From a bacterium (GTDB taxonomy: Bacteria > SZUA-182 > DTGQ01 > JAFGSM01), in the NCBI GenBank assembly GCA_049472355.1, contig JBLIRP010000059.1, positions 1 to 25,543 on the forward strand: a stretch of DNA of 25,543 nucleotides. Direction: 5' to 3'. The position numbers and the translations under genes are program-made. Shown piece after piece: positions 1 to 7,985 of this stretch. Under the pieces are notes generated by a model, which was not told the DNA's origin, ran no database searches, and was given only the letters and a program-made list of their open reading frames with translations. The number at the start of each line of letters is the position of its first letter. The first letter of the stretch is position 1.

Positions 1-1143
1 CATCAATCGACCGCCGGAAACACCAACAGCGGCTCCTGTCTTGACTGCCACAACCATCATGCGGCGGGCAACACCATCAATGATCAGTGGGCCCGGTCCG
101 GCCACGGCGACCTTGAAGGGGAGGCATGGGTGCACTATGATTTCAAGGGCGCGGATCGAATGGACTGCCAGCGATGTCACACCGCCACAGGGTTCCGGAA
201 CTTCGCCAACGATCCCAATGACTATGACCCGAACGACAATCTGTTCACCGCCTCCGGAATGCAGAAGGAGGTGCTCTACTGCTGGGCCTGCCATACCTCG
301 TACACCGGCAACCTCAGGGATCCGGGCATCTTCGCCCTCACCGCCCCCTATGAAGAGCCAGCAGACCGCATCGCTGCCGTGCCCGACCTTGCCGGCTCCA
401 ACCTGTGCATGACCTGCCATTCGGGAAGGGAGAGCGGGGAAGGTCTCAAGTATCTGGACCCCAACCTGGACATCGCCGGGAAGAACTTCGGCTCATTCAA
501 CTCCCACTACCTCCCTGCAGGGGGGATACTCTTCCGGACCATCGGGTACGAATATGCAGGAAGGGATTATGCGGACGTGCCCTATTTCGAGCACGACCTC
601 ATCGGCACCGAATCCGCGCCCGGCACCGGGAGCAACGGCCCATGCGCAGGCTGCCACATGAGGACCGGGGAGGGGCATACCTTCCTGCCGGTTGAAAAGG
701 ACCCCAACGGCCTGATAACGGAGATCACCGCCGATAACCTCACCTGCGCCGAGTGCCACGCAGGCCAATACGCCATCACCCCTGAGGAACTGAACGAGCT
801 CGAAGAGGGATACGAGGACGCATTGGATGCACTGGCCGAACAACTGGCCGCCGAGGGGATTTACTACGGCACGGGCTATCCCTACTTCTTTGCCGATCCC
901 AACAACATGACCCCGCCAAACGCCTTCACCGCATGGCTGAATACGGACACCCTGGGCGCCGCCTTCAACCTGAACATGCTTGTACACATGCCGGGCGCCC
1001 ATATCCACAACCGCTTCTATACCAAGCGGCTCCTCTACGACTCGATCGACTTTGTGGACGACCGGGCACTGAACGGGTCCGTCGAGGCCACCCTGGGCAC
1101 GTCCAGACCTGCCTATGGGTTTTTGGAAGGGACACGGACGTGA
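1..1143 (+). CDS. Multiheme cytochrome c, OmcB/OmcC-like C-terminal part (5'-partial)
   Basis: Frame open from base 1 (HQSTAGNTNSGSCLDCHNHH...). Six CxxCH motifs: CLDCH, CQRCH, CWACH, CMTCH, CAGCH, CAECH. CMTCHSGRESG, NSHYL..GGILF..GYE and HNRFYTKRLLYDSIDF resemble Geobacter-type outer-surface cytochromes. Confidence 0.9.
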   Translation, partial: HQSTAGNTNSGSCLDCHNHHAAGNTINDQWARSGHGDLEGEAWVHYDFKGADRMDCQRCHTATGFRNFANDPNDYDPNDNLFTASGMQKEVLYCWACHTSYTGNLRDPGIFALTAPYEEPADRIAAVPDLAGSNLCMTCHSGRESGEGLKYLDPNLDIAGKNFGSFNSHYLPAGGILFRTIGYEYAGRDYADVPYFEHDLIGTESAPGTGSNGPCAGCHMRTGEGHTFLPVEKDPNGLITEITADNLTCAECHAGQYAITPEELNELEEGYEDALDALAEQLAAEGIYYGTGYPYFFADPNNMTPPNAFTAWLNTDTLGAAFNLNMLVHMPGAHIHNRFYTKRLLYDSIDFVDDRALNGSVEATLGTSRPAYGFLEGTRT

Positions 1144-1250
1144 ACACCTATGCATCTACTCAAGATTGCCTGATGTCACGGAGGGAGGGGGACCGTTTCT
1201 CCCATAAAATGCGTTTGAGCCGTTACCTTAGTATCAAAAGGGAGGATGCA

Positions 1251-1919
1251 ATGAAACGAATTGCCCTATTCGCAGTATGTATGATCCTGGTTGGATTCTG
1301 CTGGAGCAGCGGGGCGTGCGCCCCACCGCCGGCACAGGCACGCGGACGGTACGGAGAGTCCCTGGATGCGGTGCTGGAGGATATCCGCACAACCCAGGGG
1401 GTCGGCGAAACCGGCGCCATCGATTGCGGGGAGGTGACCAACGAGCAACTCGAGGCCCTGGGAGAGGCGATCATGGGCATCATGCATCCCGATGCCGAGG
1501 AACACGAGCTCATGGACCGGATGATGGGGGGAGAGGGCTCGGAGACCCTTGCGTCCACGCACCGGATCATGGGCGCCCGCTACCTGGGGTGCTGCGACGG
1601 AGGCTCATTCGAGGAAATGGGGCCGGGCATGAGAGGGGGATGGATGATGGGATCGGGATCCATGCACGGATGGGGCGGCATGAGGGGATACGGCTACGGA
1701 AGGAGATGGATGCATTACGGATGGGGAGGAATCGTTATGTGGATCGTCATTCTGGTTATCGTCATCGCGCTGATCTATTTTATCTATCATCTGGCCAGAT
1801 CGAAGACCGCGGGTGGTCCCTCCGCGGAAACCCCTCTGGATCTCCTGAAGAAGCGCTATGCCAGGGGGGAGATCACCAAGGAGGAGTTCCAGAGGATCAA
1901 AAAGGACTTGGAGACCTGA
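1251..1919 (+). CDS. Exported/membrane protein with His/Met/Cys-rich N-domain, TM helix and C-terminal SHOCT domain
   Basis: GGAGG RBS before ATG 1251; signal peptide MKRIALFAVCMILVGF; Gly/Met-rich linker; TM helix WIVILVIVIALIYFIY; SHOCT motif ETPLDLLKKRYARGEITKEEFQRIKKDLE. Confidence 0.85.
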   Translation: MKRIALFAVCMILVGFCWSSGACAPPPAQARGRYGESLDAVLEDIRTTQGVGETGAIDCGEVTNEQLEALGEAIMGIMHPDAEEHELMDRMMGGEGSETLASTHRIMGARYLGCCDGGSFEEMGPGMRGGWMMGSGSMHGWGGMRGYGYGRRWMHYGWGGIVMWIVILVIVIALIYFIYHLARSKTAGGPSAETPLDLLKKRYARGEITKEEFQRIKKDLET

Positions 1920-2107
1920 TCCTCGCCCGGATACCGGAAAGGCCGCATCGGTGTCGCATGGCATCGTATCCCTTCGCACGGTATTAAGCGCGTGCGTGCA
2001 TGCGCCGGCGGATAAAGGAACCGGACCGGTCCAAATAATGCTGTTGCATGGAAAAAAAATGGGATGCCGATGAGCTTACCAAAGAGCAGCCCATGGAATA
2101 ATATGGT

Positions 2108-2224
2108 ATGGAAAAGGGTAGTACGTGTATGATCTCCAGGAAGATCATCATGTTCATCCTGGCGTGTGCAACCTGTCTTTTCGTAGCGATCATGATTGCA
2201 TATCTTATTCGATGGATCTTCTAA
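2108..2224 (+). CDS. Possible 38-aa single-TM small protein
   Basis: Own translation MEKGSTCMISRKIIMFILACATCLFVAIMIAYLIRWIF*; one hydrophobic helix; ends 19 bp before the next gene; no strong RBS. Confidence 0.35.
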   Translation: MEKGSTCMISRKIIMFILACATCLFVAIMIAYLIRWIF

Positions 2225-2243
2225 GAACCAAAAGGGGGCAGGC

Positions 2244-2456
2244 ATGAAAAAGAACATGGGGACCGTTGACCGGGTCGTTCGTACGGCAATCGCCATTATC
2301 CTGGGGATTCTCATCGTAAGCGGGACAGTAAAGGGAACCCTGGCAATCATCCTGGGAATCATGGCGATTGCATTTCTTGTCACCAGCGTATTTGCCCGAT
2401 GTCCTGGCTATGTGCCCTTTGGCATCTCAACCCGAAAAAGGCATAAGGGGCATTAA
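2244..2456 (+). CDS. DUF2892 (YgaP-like) small inner-membrane protein
   Basis: MKKNMGTVDRVVR...two TM helices...CPGYVPFGIST matches the NxGxxDR / CPxYxxxGxST family pattern; purine-rich RBS upstream. Confidence 0.9.
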   Translation: MKKNMGTVDRVVRTAIAIILGILIVSGTVKGTLAIILGIMAIAFLVTSVFARCPGYVPFGISTRKRHKGH

Positions 2457-2466
2457 GGGACCACTC

Positions 2467-3000
2467 ATGCGAAGTGTATTACGCAGGATCTCTGTCGTAT
2501 TCTCGGCCGGGGCATTGGGCGGCCTTGCAAACGGCATTGCAGTTTGGCTGTTCGGCGTCTTGAGTATTACACGTCTGCTCGGCGTTGGCATCGCACCTGC
2601 GTTGACGGCTCCCATGATATACCACAGGGTCACCTGGGGAGGGATATGGGGGATGCTCTTCCTGATACCCATAGTGAAGGAGAGATACCTTATTCGGGGT
2701 ATCCTATGGAGCCTCGGGCCGACAGTGGTTCAGCTCTTTGTGGTGTTTCCCCTGAAGGTGCAGAAGGGCATGCTGGGTCTGGACCTGGGAACGCTCACCC
2801 CGGTCTTTGTGATACTGTTCAATGCCATCTGGGGGATTGTTGCCGCATACTGGCTTAAGTACGCCGGGGAACCCTGCTCAGTCATCCCCTTTGATGGAGG
2901 CCCCAAAAATCTTCTCGACCGCGCTGCAAGGATTTCCGACAGCAATCAACCCGACCAGGAGGAAATCTCACAAATCGTACATAAGATTCGTAAGACCTGA
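2467..3000 (+). CDS. Hypothetical integral membrane protein (about 4 TM)
   Basis: ATG 10 bp after the DUF2892 stop; hydrophobic segments FSAGALGGLANG, RVTWGGIWGMLF, LGPTVVQLFVVFP, LFNAIWGIVAAYW. Confidence 0.75.
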   Translation: MRSVLRRISVVFSAGALGGLANGIAVWLFGVLSITRLLGVGIAPALTAPMIYHRVTWGGIWGMLFLIPIVKERYLIRGILWSLGPTVVQLFVVFPLKVQKGMLGLDLGTLTPVFVILFNAIWGIVAAYWLKYAGEPCSVIPFDGGPKNLLDRAARISDSNQPDQEEISQIVHKIRKT

Positions 3001-3401
3001 TGGAACTCGTTATCGACATCAGTATTGCCGTCTCAGAGTTCCTATAGTCCGGACCTCCTAACGTGATTCACTGCAAGGCCGAGCGACGCCTGCCTGATCA
3101 TTGAAGAACTCACGGGACAAGCCAAGGACCGGTAAGATAAATCGGCGTATAATTTTACGAATATGATGTAAAAAAAACAGCCTTCTACGTGAGACCTGTT
3201 CATCGGCTATCCTCACAGGCAGGACATTGTTCGTGGAAGTGTATATCTCATCCTTTAAGATGTGACACCCTCAATAGCTTGCTTCAATATGGCGATGAAT
3301 GAATTTATTCTATTTTATAGGTTAACGTATAAAATAGAGTATTCTATTATATAAATTGATTTATAAAATGGAATGATTCATTATACAAAAAGGGACCCGT
3401 C

Positions 3402-3688
3402 ATGTATAAGCAGAGGGATTTAGAAACGCCCCTTTTGAGGGGGACTATTTGACCCAGATTAAATTCTGGCGGGACAAGAATGGGCGGGAGGTCGATTTCA
3501 TCATCAAGCGGGAAGGGGAATTGACCGCCTATGAGGTCAAATACAAGAAGCTCATAAAGAGGCAGGATCTGACCAATCTTCTGTACTTCAAACACACCTA
3601 TCAAAATGCCCGGATCACTATAGTTAATGAAAACAAACCAGACCTGAATATGGAAGACCTCCATTGCCTGGCGTATTATGAGGTATAA
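3402..3688 (+). pseudogene. Internally deleted AAA+ ATPase/DUF4143 gene remnant
   Basis: ATG 3402 reads MYKQRDLETPLLRGTI*, like the family N-terminus (cf. IYKKRLIGDLI in the intact neighbour). Another frame from ~3443 encodes only the DUF4143 C-terminus (FWRDKNGREVDFII..YEVKY). No Walker motifs. Confidence 0.7.
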
Positions 3689-3815
3689 GGCGGCCACACT
3701 GGATCGGAAAGGGAATCGCTTCGATGTAAGGGAGAACCGCTCCGCCACTGCCGGAACTGCGCCATCAGGAAGGCGCTCACCAATATAACTGCAAATTAAT
3801 CATATTACCTTCACT

Positions 3816-3937
3816 TGAAAATCCCCTTTGGGGTATTTTCATGCTTCCTTGTGAGCCGAAGCCTCATGTGCGTTTCATCTGAAAATCCCCCAGGATTTTC
3901 ATGCTTCTTTGTGAGCCGAAGTCTCATGAATGTTTCA
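3816..3937. repeat. Two tandem copies (3816-3877, 3880-3937) of a ~60-bp palindromic intergenic repeat (REP/MITE-like)
   Basis: Unit TGAAAATCCCC...ATTTTCATGCTTCYTTGTGAGCCGAAGYCTCATG...GTTTCA; internal hairpin and TGAAA/TTTCA ends; third copy at 10884-10944. Confidence 0.9.
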
Positions 3938-4092
3938 CTATGCTATCGATTTTTTGGATTAAAGATGAGTTATCGGACAGCCTCCATCCTGGCCGATGAG
4001 CCTGTGAGATAGATCTCGCATTTCTCCGTGCCCGTACCCGCAGCCTGTGAGGTCACGTACAAGAAGATGATAAAGAGGAATCGTACGGGTAT

Positions 4093-4121
4093 TTGACATT
4101 TTTCCGATCATGAATTATTAT
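4093..4121 (+). promoter_or_regulatory. Sigma-70 promoter of the AAA+ ATPase gene
   Basis: TTGACA (4093-4098), 17 bp, TATTAT (4116-4121); ATG follows after 7 bp. Confidence 0.7.
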
Positions 4122-4128
4122 TCATATC

Positions 4129-5379
4129 ATGAATGAAAATCATTCAAACCGTGAATTGATTTACAAAAAAAGGCTGATAGGTGATCTCATTCGATCGGCC
4201 ATCAAAAATTTCCCCGTGGTTGTCATTTCCGGGGCAAGGCAGGTCGGGAAAAGCACCTTTTTACAAAATGAGTTCCCGGACTTCAAATACCTGAGCCTCG
4301 ATGATTTTTCCATCCTGCAACAGGCAAAATCCGATCCTTCATCGCTATGGATGGACGATCATAAGATCATTCTCGACGAGGCTCAGAGGGTGCCCGAAGT
4401 ATTCAGCGCCGTGAAATTATCGGTAGACAGGACACAAAGAAGGATTCGTTTCCTGATATCCGGCTCATCCAATCTGCTTCTCATGAAAGGGATCAGTGAA
4501 TCCCTTGCCGGGAGAGCGGCTTACTTTGAGATGTTTCCGATGTCCTATGGTGAGATGCAAGGCAGAGGCGAGCTATCCCGGAATCTCCTCAGCCTTTTGG
4601 ACATCCACGTTAAGCCAAAAGAGCAGGAACTGGATGATGTTGATCCTTTGCCATGCATCTTGAAGGGATTTATGCCCCCTCTGATGGATCTGATCAACAT
4701 GAAGGACGTTCTTATCTGGTGGGAGAGCTATATCAAAACGTATCTTGAAAGGGACTTGAGAGAACTCTCACAGATTGAATCCCTGATTGATTACCGGAGG
4801 GTATTGGAGTCATCGGCCTTAAGAACAGGCAGCATCCTGAATCAGACGAACATCAGCAGAGATACGGGAATCAGCCAACCGACCGTGTACCGGTATATAA
4901 AACTGCTTGAGGTTTCCAATATTATCAAAAGGATCCCGGCTTACTATACAAGCAGATCGAAAAGGGTCACGAAGTCCCCAAAGATATTTTTCATCGATCC
5001 CGGCTTGTGCGTGTATCTTTCCGGTTATCACGATGAGGAATCCCTTGGCAAGGCACGGGAACTGGGTAATTTCTTTGAAACATTGGTCTTTCTTCATCTG
5101 AGGGTTTTGTCGGAGCTATTGGTCCCCAAGGCATCGATCTATTATTGGCGAACGACAACCGGGAAAGAGGTCGACTTCATCATCGAACAGAGCAGAAATC
5201 TCTTCCCCTTTGAAGTGAAATTATCAAAAAAACCGGCACTTAGCGATATAAAAAACCTCTTGAGCTTCATCGAGGAGAATCCTCAAGCAGCCAGAGGCAT
5301 CCTGATTCATGGAGGGAATTCCATAAGATGGCTCCATTCGAAGGTCCTGGCTGTACCTTGGTGGTGGATAGGGAGTTGA
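4129..5379 (+). CDS. ATP-binding protein, AAA_14 + DUF4143 family
   Basis: Walker A GARQVGKST, Walker B IILDEAQ, SGSS, ESLAGR, TYLERD, KSPKIFFIDPG, YWRT..GKEVDF, FEVK. Confidence 0.95.
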   Translation: MNENHSNRELIYKKRLIGDLIRSAIKNFPVVVISGARQVGKSTFLQNEFPDFKYLSLDDFSILQQAKSDPSSLWMDDHKIILDEAQRVPEVFSAVKLSVDRTQRRIRFLISGSSNLLLMKGISESLAGRAAYFEMFPMSYGEMQGRGELSRNLLSLLDIHVKPKEQELDDVDPLPCILKGFMPPLMDLINMKDVLIWWESYIKTYLERDLRELSQIESLIDYRRVLESSALRTGSILNQTNISRDTGISQPTVYRYIKLLEVSNIIKRIPAYYTSRSKRVTKSPKIFFIDPGLCVYLSGYHDEESLGKARELGNFFETLVFLHLRVLSELLVPKASIYYWRTTTGKEVDFIIEQSRNLFPFEVKLSKKPALSDIKNLLSFIEENPQAARGILIHGGNSIRWLHSKVLAVPWWWIGS

Positions 5380-5458
5380 GTCCCCATATCACCATTGAAT
5401 GCGGTGAAATCGAATGGTATACATTTCACGCACATGATAAAAAAATCCAGTACTTATA

Positions 5459-6724
5459 CTAACAATGATGCATCCTTATCTCGGCAAGATGCGAGGGGCA
5501 GGCGCCGCGGGATTTTCCATCCCCTGCGAGCAGGCTGCCGTACAGGCGCTCGATGCGATCCATCATGACGCGGAGGGAGAACCGCTCCGCCAGGGTCTCG
5601 GACATCTCCCCCATCCGCTGCATCCGCCAGGGACGCTCCGCAAGGGTGAGCATGGCGTCCGCAAGGGAGGACTCATCCCCGGGCGGCACCAGGATCCCGT
5701 TCACCCCCTCCTGGACAAGGTCGGGGATACCCCCGGTGCGGGTGGCGATCACCGGCTTTGCCATGGCCATGGCCTCGACGAGCGCCCTCCCCATCCCCTC
5801 GTTCAGGGAGGGGAATACGAAGATGTCGTAGAGGGACATAACCGGCCTCGGGTCCGTCTCCCACGGGATGAACCGCACCCGGTCCATGATCTCCCACTCA
5901 CGGGCGATCCGCTCCAGGTCTTCTTTGAGCGGACCGTCGCCGAGAAGGCACAGGAGCGCGTCGGGCCTTTTTTCGAGGATCCGGCGGAATGCCGCGAGCA
6001 GGACCTCGTGTCCCTTCACCTTCACGTGCCTTCCCACCGTGCCGACCACGAGCCCCTGCTTCGGGATGCCGAGTTTTCTCCTCACACCCTTTGCAATGCG
6101 GGTATTGCCGTTCTTTTTGAATGATTCGATGTCCACGCCGCTCGGGCAGACCAGAAAGGCATGTTCAGGGGCGATCCCGAAGGCGATGTGGTCGGCCATC
6201 TCCCCCTCGGTGAGGCAGATGATCCGGTCGGTGATGCGGGAGGTCAGCCGCTCGAGCCATATGAAGAACGCCCGCTTCAGGGGGCCGAAGTAGCCATAGA
6301 AGACGTGACCGTGCGGGGTGTGGCATATGACGGGCACGCGGTTGAAAAAGGCGGCCCACCGACCCAGGATACCCGCCTTGGAGGTATGGGTGTGCACGAT
6401 TTGCGGCTTAAGGCGCATGAGGGCCGCAAGGAGCCATATAAAGGCGAGGGGGTCGCGCCACAGGGAGATCCTCCGGTACAGAAGAGGGCAGACCATGACC
6501 GGGATGCCGTGCTCCCTGAGATCCCGGATCTCATCCTCGGTGGCGGTGCGCTCCTTTTCGGACATCTGCGATTCCGTGGAGGGGCCGGTGATGAGCACCG
6601 GATGGTACCGGTCCCCGGCGAGGTGCCTTACGGTGAGGAGGGTGTTTTCCGCAGAGCCTCCCCTGTCCATCCGGGTGATGATGTGGACACAGGTGACAGG
6701 GGTATTGATGCGCCCATTCTCCAT
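5459..6724 (-). CDS. Glycosyltransferase family 4
   Basis: GGAGGTG RBS before ATG 6724; HIITRMDRGGSAENT, VHTHTSKAG, HTPHGH, PSLNEGMGRALVEAMA (EX7E), GGIPDLV. Confidence 0.93.
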   Translation of the reverse strand: MENGRINTPVTCVHIITRMDRGGSAENTLLTVRHLAGDRYHPVLITGPSTESQMSEKERTATEDEIRDLREHGIPVMVCPLLYRRISLWRDPLAFIWLLAALMRLKPQIVHTHTSKAGILGRWAAFFNRVPVICHTPHGHVFYGYFGPLKRAFFIWLERLTSRITDRIICLTEGEMADHIAFGIAPEHAFLVCPSGVDIESFKKNGNTRIAKGVRRKLGIPKQGLVVGTVGRHVKVKGHEVLLAAFRRILEKRPDALLCLLGDGPLKEDLERIAREWEIMDRVRFIPWETDPRPVMSLYDIFVFPSLNEGMGRALVEAMAMAKPVIATRTGGIPDLVQEGVNGILVPPGDESSLADAMLTLAERPWRMQRMGEMSETLAERFSLRVMMDRIERLYGSLLAGDGKSRGACPSHLAEIRMHHC

Positions 6725-7938
6725 GTCCGGATCACCTCCTTGCAGCGGGCCTCCCACTGATCGATGATGATGGGCCAGGCATACCGTGTAACCGCGCAAT
6801 CCCTGCACCGTTTCCTGGTCTTACTATATTCATCGGGATTTTCAAGGCGCCATATCACCATCTCTTCGATCCTTTCCGCAAGCGCGCCGATCGATGCATC
6901 CCTGCAGAGCCATTCATCCCCGATCAGGGAGAGGATCTCCGGGGTAGCACCCACCGGCGTGGCGATCACCGGGGTCCCTGCGGCAAGTGACTCCAGGGTG
7001 ACCATGCCGAATCCCTCCAGGTACTCGGTGGGAAGCACGAAGAAATCGGCCGCCTGGTAAAATCGGGGAAGCTCCTGCTCAGGCACCTGGCCGGTGAAGG
7101 TGATCCGATCGGCTACCCCCAGTTCCTCCGCCATCCCCTTGAGGCTTCCCTCGAGTTCGCCCCTCCCTGCGAGCACCAGGTGAACCCTGTCGCCGACCCT
7201 CCCGAGTTCAGCCATGGCCCTGACCAGGTTTGCAAGCCCCATCCGCTTTCGCAGGTTCCGCACCGTAAAGAGAATGACCTTGTTCACAGGAAGCCCCAGG
7301 TCCCTGCAAAGCCCTACCTGGTCCTTCGGAGGTGAAAATACCCCCGTGTCGACCCCGCCGGGGATGATGACGGATCGTGCGGCCAATCCATGCACCCGTT
7401 CGAGCCTCCCGCGCATGAATTCACTCAGGAGCATGATCCCCTGGCAGCGCCTGAGCACCCTCCCCTCGATCCAGTCCCTCATCCGCTTTCGGATGATCAA
7501 AGCGGGGTTCCATCCCGAAAACCAGTGCACCGGCCGGTTGATGAGGAACTCCTCCCCCCAGGGGGAGTGGAAGTTATAGAGCCAGGGGGCATCCCGGACA
7601 AAGGCGTGGGTCATCGCCTCCGCGGCGGCAAGGGGCTGGTGCAGGATGACGATTTCGAGGGGGACGTTGCTCGATCCTTCGATGCTGCGGAGGATGTTCC
7701 TGATCTGTGGACGGGCGGACAGGTAGAAGCCGGCAAAGGTCTTTTTGGGGAGGTCGTAGCGGTACACCTCGATACCATCGATGGTCTCCCGGTCGGCAAG
7801 CCCCGGCCTCGCCCGCCTGACGATGAGAAAGACGTGGTGGCCCCTGCCGGCGAGCCCCCGGGAGGTGCAAAAGGCCATCTTGTTCGCCCCTCCCATGCTG
7901 TCGGGAAAGAGGAAATCGGTGAGCACGAGTATATTCAC
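6628..7938 (-). CDS. Glycosyltransferase family 4
   Basis: ILVLTDFLFPDSMGGA, IPGGVD, LPTEYLEGFGMVTLESLAAGTPV (EX7E). Start placed at GTG 7938 (alternative ATG 7989). The 3' end overlaps the next GT4 by ~97 bp. Confidence 0.9.
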   Translation of the reverse strand: MNILVLTDFLFPDSMGGANKMAFCTSRGLAGRGHHVFLIVRRARPGLADRETIDGIEVYRYDLPKKTFAGFYLSARPQIRNILRSIEGSSNVPLEIVILHQPLAAAEAMTHAFVRDAPWLYNFHSPWGEEFLINRPVHWFSGWNPALIIRKRMRDWIEGRVLRRCQGIMLLSEFMRGRLERVHGLAARSVIIPGGVDTGVFSPPKDQVGLCRDLGLPVNKVILFTVRNLRKRMGLANLVRAMAELGRVGDRVHLVLAGRGELEGSLKGMAEELGVADRITFTGQVPEQELPRFYQAADFFVLPTEYLEGFGMVTLESLAAGTPVIATPVGATPEILSLIGDEWLCRDASIGALAERIEEMVIWRLENPDEYSKTRKRCRDCAVTRYAWPIIIDQWEARCKEVIRTWRMGASIPLSPVSTSSPGWTGEALRKTPSSP

Positions 7939-7985
7939 GCCCCGGTATCCTTCCGTGGATTGTAATTGCTCACTGTCAACATGAT

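Noticed and set aside
933..1250. Long N-terminal extension of the SHOCT ORF
   Set aside because: Overlaps the cytochrome gene; RBS and signal peptide point to ATG 1251.
3816..3937. Tandem repeats as a CRISPR array
   Set aside because: Units are ~60 bp, only 2 bp apart, with no unique spacers and no cas genes.
3180..4062. Patchy inverted similarity (GCCTGTGAG, GCCGATGA, TCACGTA) flanking the pseudogene region
   Set aside because: Matches are short and not colinear; insufficient to call element ends.
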